Assembly (NCBI GenBank): GCA_964016885.1
Contig: OZ024741.1
Coordinates: 87,482,001 to 87,546,000, forward strand
Source of the DNA: Eledone cirrhosa
Taxonomy: Eukaryota
Length of the DNA stretch: 64,000 bases
Direction: 5' to 3'
Positions 26,767-40,501 of this stretch are shown here, piece after piece. The notes beneath the pieces are model-generated. The model was not told where the DNA came from, did not search any database, and saw nothing but the letters and a program-made list of their open reading frames with translations. Both the position numbers and the translations under genes were made by a program. Within the stretch, counting starts at the first letter, position 1. Each line of letters starts with the position of its first letter.

Positions 26767-26977
26767 TGACGTTGAAAGCACAACTTATTCGAGTTTAACT
26801 CTGGGGAAATACATATTTCCCCATACATGCATACATACATAATACATAGCTTTGTGGATACATATATATTGCCCCATACACACATACATAGATACATACA
26901 TAAATACATACATACGTACATAGACATATACATGCATGTATACAAACATGCATGTATGTGTGCATGTGGAGCGGGGG

Positions 26978-27615
26978 TGTTGGAGGCACAACTGTATTCC
27001 TGTCTAACTTTTTCTTCTTATATTTTCTTTTGTAGCTCGCTTGGAACAACTTAGCTCCTAAATAGACGTTTCTAGACTTTTACAGCCACGTCATCAGGTG
27101 TGTTGTAAGCTAATTGTTACTGCTGATGAGACGTAGATTTACTTATCAATTCAAGAACTTTGTTGTTCCTAAGCAACAGCAAATGACTTTTAAGAAAATG
27201 TGCTGTATATATGTAATTAGGTTCTGTATATATAATTTTTATTTAAAATAACAGACTGGCTGTCAATAGTTGCTTTTAATTAAACCATGGAATTGCGGTC
27301 AGTAAGTAAAATGTAAAAGTACCATATTTCGAATAATAGCAATAATATAACATCGTAGCATGAACAGGTTAAACTTATACCATAAAATTTCGAAAAGAAG
27401 CAAAATGTCAAATACATTATATATTGATTGTGTCAATATTTTATAGTGTGTCTCCAACAGAATTTCGAAGCTAATATCTCAACCATGCTGTGAATATAAC
27501 CTTGATTAATAATAATCTTTAGCTATAAAAAAAAAACGGTGGTACAATTTCTAATGTTTTATTTTTTTACATTATGAAGTATATATACTGTATGTGCATT
27601 TATAAATACACACAC
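26978..27615 (-). repeat. Second copy of the unclassified ~640-bp repeat
   Basis: Reverse complement of 12556-13196 with scattered substitutions and indels. Confidence 0.9.
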
Positions 27616-27661
27616 ACATACACACACATAGTGGCAAAGCAAATTATACATACATACATAC

Positions 27662-28270
27662 ATGGTGGCTGCCAACTCGTTTTCGAGTACGGCCACTACT
27701 TTATATCCATGTTGGAGAACCTCTACGGATGCGCTGAACGAGTGTGACTTTTTAGTCCAGCCAGCGATTTGAAAACTCTGGTACAAACACTACACTTGTG
27801 ACAATTATTGACACATAGTGCTGGGCCCATGGTACCATCTGACGACAAGTGCAGAGAGATCTCCAGATATAAAGCAATGCCTGTGCCGTGAAGCTTTTAT
27901 AGTGAGCAAAGGCACTGCACAAAGCCAGTCCCACTCTCTTAACCAAGATGATATGTACCAAAAAGAAGAACAAGTCAACATCATTGGATACCATCAGGGT
28001 TGCAGGTGTTATATCAGAGTTTTCCTTCTCCTAGAATTCTGCCTTGACAAAGGCTAAGGGGTCATCTCTCCCGGTGATTTTGGATGGCCATTGACTCTTA
28101 AGAGCTCCTTTGCCCTTTGACAGGTTTTGTTTTTAGTCCTGCAGGATGTCCAAAGTCACCCTCCTCACCAAGAAACCTTGGTGGGGTTGCCAGTTTAGTC
28201 GCCAACGACCCGACCATGAGACAGGTTGTACTGGGATATATGTTACCAGTAGCACCAACTGGTGACCTGA
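27662..28270 (-). mobile_element. Non-autonomous RTE-like element, second copy
   Basis: Reverse complement of 16046-16642; (CATA)n on both sides. Confidence 0.7.
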
Positions 28271-28347
28271 CATACATACATACATACATATATACATACA
28301 TACATACATACATACATACATACATACATACATACATACATACATAC

Positions 28348-28700
28348 ATGATGGCTGCCCCCTCGTTATCGAGTATGGCGATTGCACGATGTAACATTAT
28401 TAATAATTATCAATCAATTCTATCGTGCAATGCATGTGCGTGAAGATTTTTTGAAGTGAGGAAAGAATGTGCACTAAGCCAATCCCACTCTCTGAGAGAC
28501 AAAAGAAGAAAAGATCGACATCATCGGTAACTACTGAGCCGCAGGTTTTATGTCGGAGTTATCCCAGTTTCCTAAGTTGCCTTCTCCTAGAAGAATGCCC
28601 TGACAAAGGCTAGGAGTCTTTCACTCCCAGTGGTTTAACCGCGCGATCGGGTATCCAATTCGATTATTTCTAAGTCCCCGCGCATATATATACACATGCA

Positions 28701-28787
<87 letters not shown>

Positions 28788-28910
28788 GCATACATTTATA
28801 TACATATTTACACATTTTTGGATGGCTGTTGACTATTATGAGTTCTTCCGCTCTTTGTCAGGTTTTGTTTTTTGTCCTGCAGGGTGTCCAAAATAACCCT
28901 CCTCACCAAG
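28348..28910 (-). mobile_element. Diverged relative of the RTE-like non-autonomous element, interrupted by (TA)n
   Basis: Shares cctgcaggac.aaaaacaaaacctg.caaag, ctaggagaagg and a 3' tail atactcgataacgagggggcagccatcatgtatg with the 16046 family. Confidence 0.6.
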
Positions 28911-30049
28911 TAAATTATGGCTGTATGTGAGTGCTTTGCGAAAATTTTATATGAAATCGTTTGTTGAAACATATTGTTATATTTGGGAATGGTCATGTTG
29001 GCAATTTTGCCTCTAACAACCCACGAACTGTTGGACTTTAACTTCACTTTTATTATTATTAGTTATTGGTTATTAGTTATTTCGTCAATGATCATCTGTA
29101 ACACATTCTATGGCCTCCTCAATGGCTATTTGTTCTTCTCGTCCTTATTTCAGGTCTTATTCTGTTTACTCCATCTTGTTTTTTGGTGCGTTTTATTTGT
29201 CTGTGCACGCGTTTGCATCACTGCCTGTGTATGTGTCTATGTGTTTGGCATGTGTATGTGTACTGTGGGTTTGTGTATATGTATGAACTTGAGTGCACTG
29301 TTTGTATGTGTGTGTGGGGGAGGGGGTATGCGCTTGCGTACACTATTTGTGTCTGTGTATCCCTGTTTTCTTTTTTTACTTATGTATCCTATACTGTCTC
29401 CAGTTGTTAGCTTATAGGGTGGTGGTGTTCCTGTATCATTCGTGTTTTCTGTCGAGGTTTGGTCTACATTCTATTATGTTTGTGGTTTCTGTAATTTGTG
29501 TCCGTTCTATGTCTGGATAGAATTATTACAGTTTGGCATGTTGTTATAGCACTGACGATCTTTTCTCCTTCTTGAGTTCTCGCCAATGTTCTTTTATCCT
29601 CTTTCCTATGCTACGGGCTCTCTCATATATGTCGCTGTCATGTTTCTGCCCCTTCCATCTGTACATCCAATCTTATTGACTGCATTCCTATTTTTGCAGT
29701 TTACCTGTGAGCTTGCCCTACACACTGTACAGTTCCTATCAGTACAGAGTGTTCTTTCAAAAGGGGTGTTATGGGAGTTCCTATCTTTTCTACCACTTTA
29801 ATTTCTAGATTCAATTTATCTAAGGCTTTTTTAAAACGATACGCTTGTTGGCCTCCAAGAGTAGCGTCAACATGATTTGGGCTGTGATACCATGAGTTGT
29901 CCTTTTCTATTACATTATTAATCCTTTTTATTCTATTCCATTATTTTCTCATGAATAACGAACAAATCCTATTCTCGTCATTCTCTATGATGGTCTGTAG
30001 TGTCTGTAGTGTCTGTAGTGTATGTTGGGTAAGCCCATTGATGAACTGA

Positions 30050-30285
30050 AAAATTAGCGATGCAAAACACAAGACAAAGCCGCTTAAGCAGCCACATCGC
30101 AACATGTGCAGGACTAGACATGCCCAACTTCAAAATTTTCCTACTCTACAAATGCTCAGACTCTTTCACTCAACAACAGAGAATAAACAAAGAAAAACAA
30201 TTCATTAACAAATATAAACCACAAAGAAAAACAATTCATTAACAAATACAAACCACAATTAAATATGTCATTGTTCCCCATTAAA
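30050..30285 (+). pseudogene. GIY-YIG C-terminal fragment (Penelope-like); degraded related sequence possibly on - at ~29500-29800
   Basis: ORF 30060-30242 reads LSSHIATCA...FKIFLLYKC...RINKEKQFINKYKPQ, and the duplicated end gives KPQLN, the usual E..FI...P.LN ending. Confidence 0.6.
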
Positions 30286-30291
30286 CAATAA

Positions 30292-32254
30292 ATATTGTCT
30301 AATGCATGCCAGAACCTGATGTATAAGATGTATACAGCCTGCCTGAACCTATTTCTCCAAGATCACTGTGAAAATAATAACATGATCACAGATGAACAAG
30401 CATCAGGAAAGAAAGGTGTTTGGTTGTGTGCTGAACAACTCCTAATCAACAAAACTGCGATGTCGGAGATGTGACAACTTAGGTGGAATATGGCAACAGT
30501 CTGGATGGACTACAGGAAAGCATTTGATTCAGTTCCCCACTGTTGGATGATAGAGGCTTTCTGACTTGGCAGACATTATTGTCACAGCCATAGAGAAGCT
30601 GTCTTCTTCTTGGGCTACTATCCTAAAGTTAAGAACAGAGATGGAGGACTATTTTCCCTGATAAAATAGAATATCACAAGGGTATATTTCAAGGAGACAG
30701 TCTCTCTGTGCTACTATTTATCCTGTCATTAAACCCTTGTCCTTTCTGCATAAGAAATGTGAAGGAAACATCATTGGTTCAGAGGAAAACAGAAATACGA
30801 ATTTAACCCATAATTTCTTTGTGGATGACCTGAAACTCTATACCAAGAATGAGATGAAGAAAAATCTTGACCTGGTTACAACGTTCTCAAAGGATAGAGG
30901 AATCGAATTTGGCCAAGATAAATTTTCATATATTATTGTAAAGCGGGGGAAACTTCAACCTAATCTAGCAACATTTTTATCAATGGCCTAACTCTTTCAC
31001 CGATATCTGACGAGGACTGCTACAGATACCTGGGGATAGATGAGAATATATCCTATAATGGTATTTGTAATAAGGAACGCGTAACCAGGGAATATCACAC
31101 CCGGTTAAGAAAGATCTGGTCATTGGAACTCTCTGCGTACAATAAAACAGTGGCTCATTGGAATACTCGATTGGACGATAGACGAAATACGAGCAATCAA
31201 TGTTAAAACTCGAAACATTCTAAACAACACCGGAAACTTCCACATCAACAGTGACATAGACCACCTCTACCTGAAACGTAAGCAGGGAGGCAGAGGCCTA
31301 ACATCAGTCCAGACAGCATTTGAGTGTCGCATCATATCCCTCCGACAACATTTACGAACCTCGAACCCATCTACTGAGTAAGTCTGTCTGCATGGATATG
31401 TTGCCAGGAAGCTTCAGAGTAAGAGTAATATTGATAAGGAAAGTAGTCTATCTTGGACCAACAACCGCTATATTGGCTCCCACTTTGAAGGATATGCTTT
31501 TGCAATCCGAGAACAGGAAATCAACACAAAATACCTTATTCACAAAAGAGATAGGGATGCAGGTAAAACACCTAGATGTGACAACAAGTACAGACTCTGC
31601 AGAATTAACATCGAAGATCTCACCCAAGTCATAAGCAGCTGTCATCACGGTATCATCTACCTATGAGGTATGATGTAGTGGCCAAAACACTGTACAATAC
31701 AATCCGTAGAAAAGATAGCCCCGACAATAAACACATTAAAAGCTACAGCAGTGTGGAAGACATACACATACATAATATGAAAGAGTACTGGTGGAATGTT
31801 CCAATAAAAACCCCAATAAAATGCAGGCATAACAGACTAGGTATAATGATATGGGCTAGGGAAAAGAAAACATGCACAGTAGTGGAAGTTAGCTGCCCAG
31901 CAGATGCCAATATAATATTAAAGATCAGTGAAAAGGAGAATATCTATGTAGAACTAACGAGAAATCTACAGATACTCCACTCTGACTATACCTTCAGATT
32001 TATGCCTGTGATTATTGGGGCACTGGGGTATGTCTGTAACTGCCTCAGTACAAATCTTGAGAACCTAGGCTTCACAGAAACAGAAAGAACACGACTAGTT
32101 TGGAAATTACAAGCACACTCCATTAATGGAACATGTGTGTAGACATGCATACATATCCACCTAGTTGATGTGTAAATTCCAATAAGAGAGTCTATGTTAG
32201 AAGCCCACTCTCTCTCTATTGGCAAAAATTTGAGAAATTATAAAACCAGAAGAA
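30292..32254 (+). mobile_element. R4/Dong-like family A, 5'-truncated, with internal deletions
   Basis: Collinear with the reverse complement of 16657-18965; FFVDDLKLY; RLE ORF 31663-32142. Ends aaccagaagaa-catacatacatac. Confidence 0.92.
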
Positions 32255-32268
32255 CATACATACATACA

Positions 32269-33079
32269 TGCAGAGTTAACATCGAGGATATCACCCATGT
32301 CATCAGCAGCTGCCCAAAGATGTCATCGCGGTACTATCTACCTATGAGGCATGATGTAGTGACCAAAACACTGTACAATGCAGTTCGTAAAAAAGATAGC
32401 TCCGATAATAAACACATTAAAAGCTACAGCAATGTGGAAGACATCCATCTACATAATATGAAAGAGTACTGGTGGAATGTTCCAGTAAAAACCCCAATAA
32501 AATGCAGGCATAATAGACCAGATATTATCATAAGGGATAGGGAGAAGAAAGCATGCACAGTAGTGGAAATTAGCTGCCCAGCAGATGCCAATATAATATC
32601 AAAGATTAGCGAAAAGGAGAATATTTATGCAGAACTAATGAGAAATCTGCAGATACTCCACCCTGATTACACCTTCAGATTTATGCCTGTGATTATTGGG
32701 GCACTAGGGTATGTTAATAACTGCCTCAATACAGATCTTGAGAAGCTAGGCTTCACAGGAACAGAAAGAACACAACTAGTTAGGAAATAACAAGTACAGT
32801 CCATTAATGGAACAGTAAAAATATGTAAAACATTCCAAACATTTTGCATCTAATAACTGCATATAAACATGTACAGATGCCAAGCATATACACATGCACA
32901 CATACAACTCAAAACATACACATCCACACATACGATAACATCTATATCTACACATGCATGCATACATAATCTGCCTAGTTGATGTTGTGTAAATTCCAAT
33001 GAGAGAGTCTTGTGTCTATGTTAGAAACCGACTCTCTCTTTATTTGGAAAAAATTTGTGAAATTATAAAACCAGAAGAA
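32269..33079 (+). mobile_element. R4/Dong-like family A, short 3' copy in tandem
   Basis: CRVNIEDITHVISSCPK...RHD...HNRPDII...EISCP. Starts after and ends before (CATA)n. Confidence 0.92.
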
Positions 33080-33452
33080 CATACATACATAAAGATTAGT
33101 CATGCTAACATTCCCTCAGACAAATTAATTTATATATATACACCTTTGCATATACACAAATGGCTTTCCTACATATCCAACTCTACATATTCATGCACAT
33201 ATATACATATACACTGCTGAAACTTGTACATATGTTTGATGGAAATCTAAAATATCTGCTAGTACACAATATTTTACTAAAATATGTTCTCTATTTGCTG
33301 ATGCACAATATTTTACAAAAACAAAATTTCATATTCAAATGCTAACAACTTTTCTTGGTTGTTTCCACACACTAAAAAAAAATCAACAAAAAACAGACAC
33401 AAGTCAGTGAACCGCAAACAAATGTTTTTGTTTATTCTTATACAAACAAGGA

Positions 33453-33612
33453 CAGGCTATTGGCTGAGTGGTTAAGGAGTCAGCGACTCAACCTGTTTTT
33501 TTCTGGGTTCAATCCCGCTGTGTATCACCTTGGGTAAGTGTCTTCTACTATAGCCTCAGGATGATCAATGCCGTTTAAGTAGAATTTGGTAGACTGAAAC
33601 TTTAGAACCCAC
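33453..33612 (+). mobile_element. tRNA-derived CORE-type SINE; further decayed SINE pieces at ~33790-33895 and ~34250-34570
   Basis: tggctgagtggttaagg (A-box), gggttcaatccc (B-box), caccttgggtaagtgtcttctactatagcctc (CORE-like). Confidence 0.8.
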
Positions 33613-33648
33613 ACATAATATGTACATGTGTGTTTGTGTGTGTGTGTG

Positions 33649-33751
<103 letters not shown>

Positions 33752-34849
33752 TTTTGCATTTGTGTCTGTGTTTATAATGATCCGATACAACAGAGTTCGA
33801 TAAAATAGTACCAGACTTGAAAATGATAAATACTAGGGTCGATATTGTGACCTAATATAACCGCAGTCTATTGACTGAAATCAGTAAAAGTATAAAGTAA
33901 TAACAAATAAGAAATCACACAATATATTAGCTACGATATTATTCGATACTAATATACTGGAAATGTTCTTGTTTATTCTTGCAAGCGGAAGTCCTTAAAC
34001 AAAACAACTTTCAAAATTGTATTTCTTTCGACAATTTAGCAGATCATAGGAACTTAAATTTCTCCACTCTCCATCATTCAGAAAACTAAATAAATATATC
34101 AATAAATAGAAGAGAGGAACTTAAAGAATATTGACTACAGAAACCAACACCATGACGAACAAAAATCTCGTCTATAATAAATATAACTGGTCAGAGAAAT
34201 TATTATTCTGATCAATGCCTGGGCCTTTTCCAAGCTACATGCCTATATTTCAGTATCAGGCACTTGGTTTGATTTTCACTGCGTGTGATCTTGAGCGAGT
34301 ATCATTTTGCGATAAACTCAAGTGGACCATTACATCATTGCCTTGTGAGTAAAATTGTGTAGATGAAAACTGTTTGCAAGGCCGTCGGATGGGCTTTACC
34401 TGTAATTCAAAGAACCATTCTTGTCACGCTGAATTTCCATGAGAAACCCGTTAAGAGTATACGTGTTTGCGAAATGCTTGCTCAGCAACTTACACATTAA
34501 TTTTGTGAGCAGGCTGTTCCGTTGATCGTACAACTGGAAAACTCATCATAGAAAGCGATGGAAGTCCTCTGCGTTCGTTGCTAAAAAAATGTTCACTGTT
34601 CAATATTTGTTTAGCGAGATAATTTGAAAATAAGCCAAAGTAAATTTCTAAAGTATTTCATCTTAAAAATCCTGTGGAGAAACTCCATTTCATTTTTCTT
34701 TGATGCAGTATAACACCAGCAGCAAGAAGCCAAACAGTAACAGTTACAAAATAGCATTGACCTCAGTTCCTGTTCTTAGAGACCTGTTCATCTCCGTTAA
34801 TGGTACAACAAATACTTTCTTCTCTTCAACAGCCACAACCTACAGCATG

Positions 34850-35415
34850 GTATCCGAATCTATATACTCATCATTATCCCATTTCTTCTCCAATTATTAC
34901 GATGGTAGACGCTTTTGGTATTCATCCACTGTCATGCTAGTCGCCTCAGTCATCATGCTGTTCTCAACAAGACCATTAAGTGTGGCTTGGACACTACTGG
35001 CTTCCCATCGCAGCTTGAACCGGTAGAGTAAGATCGAGATGGCAAACGTTGCAGCGCAGTCTTTCCTTTCTGCAGTAGTAAGCCCATCATCTGAGATGTG
35101 ACATGCAGCAACACTTTCCTCAGAAGCGACTTGGTGAATTCTGTGACAGACTGAAGGTTTCGTTGCCCGACAACCCGAAAATCGCAAGCTATTGAGATGC
35201 CGGCCGCTTTCTAATAGGTCTATCGTTGAACGTATGGTGGTGGAACCTCCTGGCATACTTCGTCCCCGAACTATCTCCCTACTCAATGCTATCAGGACGG
35301 AGTTGGCCACCCACAAGAAGGATGCCGACTTTTGAGGCAATGACTTTTGAATTCTGTCTGCCGATGCCGTGAGGAGGCATTCCCCGCTTGTTCTGCACAA
35401 CGAGTGAACAAAAGA
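34850..35415 (+). pseudogene. Degenerate 3' end (zinc knuckle plus RLE) of a CRE-like non-LTR retrotransposon
   Basis: Manual translation across frameshifts gives HPLSC...[27 protein letters not shown]...DGKR...[18 protein letters not shown]...ENRKLLR...VVEPPGIL...SLLNAI, resembling CRE-type RH...PDG...WDVTC...E..K motifs. Followed by (CA)n. Confidence 0.65.
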
Positions 35416-35447
35416 AGACACACATACACACGCACACACACACACAA

Positions 35448-35495
<48 letters not shown>

Positions 35496-35515
35496 CATAT
35501 GCATATGTATATGTA

Positions 35516-35568
<53 letters not shown>

Positions 35569-35596
35569 ATACATATATATATATATATGTGTGTGT

Positions 35597-35627
<31 letters not shown>

Positions 35628-35677
35628 AAGAATGAATAATAGCAGGTAGACATCATAAAAAGGTAATTTATTCCGTG

Positions 35678-35789
35678 TGCTTACAAATGTTTCCACGGTG
35701 GTACTACAGCCTAGTTATGCTATGTGCAAATTTACAAGTATTTGCAGAACTCAAATATCCAATGCTGTGACCACTGTATCCTCAGAGCA
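35678..35789 (-). ncRNA. Type I hammerhead with extended stem II, inside a (TA)n-flanked element (~35627-36010)
   Basis: Minus strand: tgct-CTGAGGA-tacagtggt cacagc...gctgtagt accaccgtg-GAAA-catttg-TA-agca. Confidence 0.75.
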
Positions 35790-36012
35790 GAATGGTAAAA
35801 TGTACAATGTAAATACCCTTAAGTGGGGTTGTTGGGGAAGATAGAGTAGAAAAGGAAGAGAGAAAAGTAGGGGAGAGGGAGAGAGAGAGAAATATATGCA
35901 GGGGTTGGAGAAGTAGGAGAGAGTGGTTTGTAGATATCTTAATCAAAATGTTATGGTAGGGGTTTTATGACCACACACTGAGCTTTATAGATGATGATCA
36001 TATACAAACGTT

Positions 36013-36120
<108 letters not shown>

Positions 36121-36150
36121 AGATCAAAAGATGGTTAAAAGAGTTCCATG

Positions 36151-36221
36151 TATTTTATTATGCGCATTTCAAAAACAAATATCATCATGTAATAACATTT
36201 GCGTTTTCGTCAGATAAAATA
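36151..36221 (-). ncRNA. Type I minimal hammerhead at the Penelope-like 3' terminus
   Basis: Minus strand: tattttat-CTGACGA-aaacgcaaatgttatt acat gatgatatttgttttt-GAAA-tgcgca-TA-ataaaata. Stem I 8 bp; palindromic TGCGCA in stem III. Confidence 0.85.
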
Positions 36222-36528
36222 GGGAGACATGATATGAAGGTTAAAACACACTTGTGAATAGTGCAGTTTTAAAACAACATATGAAAAGTAGTTTTAGATT
36301 GATGTGTGATATTGGGGTAAAAAATGGAGGGGGGGGGATGAAAAAGAGGAGGAGATGAGAGTAAAAATTGGAGGGGGAGGAGTATAATGAGGAAGGATGA
36401 GATAGGATGAGAGATGGGTGATAGAGAGAGAGATAGCTTTTATAACTGAGAAAAAATATATTGTTTTACATAGAAAGAAGTAGAAGATTGGATGAATAAG
36501 TTAGATGAGCATGAAAGGGAGAACAAAA

Positions 36529-36632
36529 TAATTGTTTCTACTTTAGGCACAAGGCCAGCAATTACCAGTGCATTACTGGTACTTTATTTTATCGACCCCG
36601 TAAGGATGAAAGGCAAAGTCAACCTCGGCGGG
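36529..36632 (-). mobile_element. 5'-truncated SINE (9104 family) with 9-bp TSD
   Basis: TSD caaaataat at 36524-36532 and 36633-36641. Confidence 0.88.
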
Positions 36633-37591
36633 CAAAATAATGAATTGAGGATGAATAATCTAACGTCAAAAAAATGTTTATGTTTACGAAGGATTTTTTT
36701 CGAGGTGATATAAAGTAAGAATATATTGTGCTGTGTAATAATTGTTTCTACGTTAGGCACAATGATAATTGAGAAGTATCGAGGAGGAAAAGGTACAGAT
36801 TAGGGGTTAGAAATTAAAAGAAAAAGAAAAAGAAAAAAAGAAAAGAAAAGGAAAAAAAAGAAAGGGAAGTGATAAATAGGAGTTATATAGAATGAGTAAC
36901 TATTATTATATAATATATAATAAATAACTTTGAAATAAGGTAGAAAGATGGGTATATTTTTAAAGAAATATATATGTATATATATATATATGTGTGCCTT
37001 TGAGAAAAGGATTTTAAATTGATAAAGTATTAGATATTAGCTGTATACTTTATGGAATGTTCTGTGGAATTTATGCAAGCAGAGAGAAAACAAGTCAGTG
37101 CGTCTATTTATTATAGAATCTAAATTAGATATAATGGTAAATTTTTCACTTAAACAGAGATTGCATGTCTTGGATAGAGAACTGTTCAAGTATGTAGAAG
37201 CAGAAGAAACCTTTTTCCAAGAGATGTTATAGTTAATATTTTTGTAAGATCTTCTAGAATTTGTTTCTTTACTATATTTGATTTTATCAGGATAACCGGC
37301 TTTAGAAAGCGCGTTATTATAGCAATTGGCGTTAGCATCAAAGATGTTTTTATTAGAAGATAGGTTAGATATTCTTTTTCTAATATTACTAACTATAGCA
37401 TTCTTAATATTAGTGGGGTGGTTAGATTTAAAATTAACATAATTTAGGTTCTCATTGTTTTTATGGTAAGGGTAATATAGGCCAGTGTCAAGATTAAGAG
37501 ATACATCCAAGAAATTAGCTAGTTTGATGCTGTTATCAAATTCAATCTTTAAGTTATGTTGGTTAAAGATAATATATATATATAATATATG

Positions 37592-37666
<75 letters not shown>

Positions 37667-37702
37667 GTATATATATATATATATATATTATATATTATAT
37701 AT

Positions 37703-37815
<113 letters not shown>

Positions 37816-37970
37816 TTGGAGCTCTGAAATAGCAATATATATATGGATGTATATATAATGTATTTTGCAATACACTTTATGCTTAATTAAAAGCATTTTG
37901 AAGACCGTAAGCTATTGTTTTAAAGTAGTGACAAATTCACTCCCTTTGATCTCAGCAAACAGGGGAGATA

Positions 37971-38014
37971 AGCCGACAAGACTTGTTTCGCTTTGGTTGA
38001 AGCTTATCAAGGCC
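37971..38014 (-). ncRNA. Type I hammerhead with UUGAUAA core (U3-A8 variant)
   Basis: Minus strand: ggcc-TTGATAA-gctt caacca aagc-GAAA-caa gtc ttg-TC-ggct. All three stems form; GUC triplet. Confidence 0.8.
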
Positions 38015-38281
38015 AACTACCCCACCTGTTTACTGAGATCATTGATGTTATATTCTTATAGAAATCTAGTAAATAATCAGGAGTTGATTATGCAGAGCGG
38101 TTGTTGGTCAGGCAGAAATTAAAAATTAGAATTGGAGCTCTGAAATAGCAATATATATATGGATGTATATATAATGTATTTTGCAGTAAACAGGTGGGGT
38201 AGTTGGCCTTGATAATACTTATGATGTCTAGTAGACAACTGATGATGGATAATCCTGACTTCTATTTCTAATTCTTCATTT

Positions 38282-38321
<40 letters not shown>

Positions 38322-38348
38322 CATATATTTTATATATATATATATACA

Positions 38349-38413
<65 letters not shown>

Positions 38414-38418
38414 TATTG

Positions 38419-38603
<185 letters not shown>

Positions 38604-38700
38604 TTGAGGTTGGTAATGGCACATGGAATATATAAGAGACAGAATACTTTTTTGTGAGAAAACATAATTTTATAAGGTAAGGAAATAATAAAGGGTATAA

Positions 38701-38748
38701 AAAATGACCGGTTTCGATGGGTCTGCAAAAGCCATCTTTTCAAATGTT
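38701..38748 (-). ncRNA. Minimal type I hammerhead with UUGAAAA core and palindromic ACCGGT stem III
   Basis: Minus strand: aacat-TTGAAAA-gatgg cttttgcagac ccatc-GAAA-ccgg-TC-atttt. Confidence 0.72.
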
Positions 38749-39198
38749 GATTAATATTAAGAAAAATTAATAATACGAAGAGTTAAAATTTGAGACTTGA
38801 AAATTCAAGTATAAAATTCATTGTGGGATTTCATAGCAGTTTTCATCTAGGTAGCAACAACAGGTTGACTGCTGTGTCCCTTTCTGGTAGTGAATGAGAA
38901 GTTATTTTGGGTGTGGGTTATTTTATAAAGGTCAGATTTAGCAATCACCAACTGGCCAGCTGCTGGTCAGTGAGGGGGTGGAAGCAATATACATACACAT
39001 ATCTTCCTGTGATGGGTAGGAGAGTGGAGCGTGATAGAAAGGGATTTAGTGCACTTACACCTATATATACACACATTCCTTCATCCACACATACATACAT
39101 ATACATATACATATATATATATATATACATATACACACATACATACACACACACATACATATACATACACACATACACACACACACATATATACATAT

Positions 39199-39277
<79 letters not shown>

Positions 39278-39344
39278 TATATATATACATACACATACAT
39301 CCAGATACACACATACATACACACACACACACATATATATATAT

Positions 39345-39394
<50 letters not shown>

Positions 39395-39601
39395 CCACAC
39401 ATACATACACACACATATATATATATACATACACACATACAAACATACACACACACACACACATATATATACACACATACACACACATATATATACACAC
39501 ACACACACACGCATATATATATATATATACACATACGCATACATCCAGATACCCACATACATACACACACACACACGCACACACAATACATACATCCACA
39601 T

Positions 39602-39647
<46 letters not shown>

Positions 39648-39655
<8 letters not shown>

Positions 39656-40328
39656 AAGAATTAGAAATAGAAGTCAGGATTATCCATCATCAGTTGTCTA
39701 CTAGACATCATAAGTATTTCTTCGCATTACAGACAATATACCTCCGTCTAGGGCGCTACAATAACTAAAATAAGTTATTGGGATAAAAAGAGTTGGGTGG
39801 AGAAAGAGAAAGACAAGTAAACAGACATGAATGGTGAGGCAACGTAAGAGAGGAAAAAATGAAAAAAAAACAAGTCAGTAATTCATTTCGAACATAAGAA
39901 CGGGTGAATATTGACGAGAACGAAAAGACCCATACACTTTTTAGTGTATCCTATCGGTTTTCTAATCATTTTTTCATATTTTTATTTATTTCAGACGAAC
40001 TTGACACATCCAGAACAGTATGACCCACCAGACAAGGACTTCATGATAGTTGCCTTCTCGTCAATATTCGCCCGTTCTTATGTTCAAAATGAATTATTGA
40101 CTTGAATTTTTCATGTTTTCCTCTCTTTACGTTGCCTCACCATTCATGTCTGTTTACTTGTCTTTCTCTTTCTCCACCCAACTCTTTTTATCCCAATAAC
40201 TTATTTTAGTTATTGTAGCGCCCTAGACGGAGGTATATTGTCTGTAATGCGAAGAAATACCTATGATATCTAGTAGACAACTGATGATGGATAATCCTGA
40301 CTTCTATTTCTAATTCTTCATTTTTTAT
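39648..40328. repeat. Inverted repeat, ~273-bp arms with ~134-bp spacer; third partial copy at 38215-38283
   Basis: 39648-39920 pairs with 40055-40328 (diverged). (TA)-rich repeats lie at or near the outer ends. Confidence 0.9.
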
Positions 40329-40389
40329 ACATAAATGCAACAACACAGCTCGCCATTTTTGATTTGTATATATATATATAAAATATATA

Positions 40390-40501
<112 letters not shown>

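Noticed and set aside
12556-33090. Single large inverted segmental duplication
   Set aside because: The shared repeats occur in a different order in the two blocks; independent insertions fit better.
33453-33520. tRNA gene
   Set aside because: The A/B boxes run directly into a SINE body and no complete cloverleaf forms.
38907-39656. Long ORFs of 176-249 aa in five frames, and similar YI/CV/HT/RE-rich ORFs throughout the window
   Set aside because: Stop-free (TA)n/(CA)n/(GA)n/(CATA)n microsatellites with no protein signal.
40255-40305. GAAA...TC...CTGATGA read as a type II hammerhead
   Set aside because: Stems I-III do not pair convincingly.
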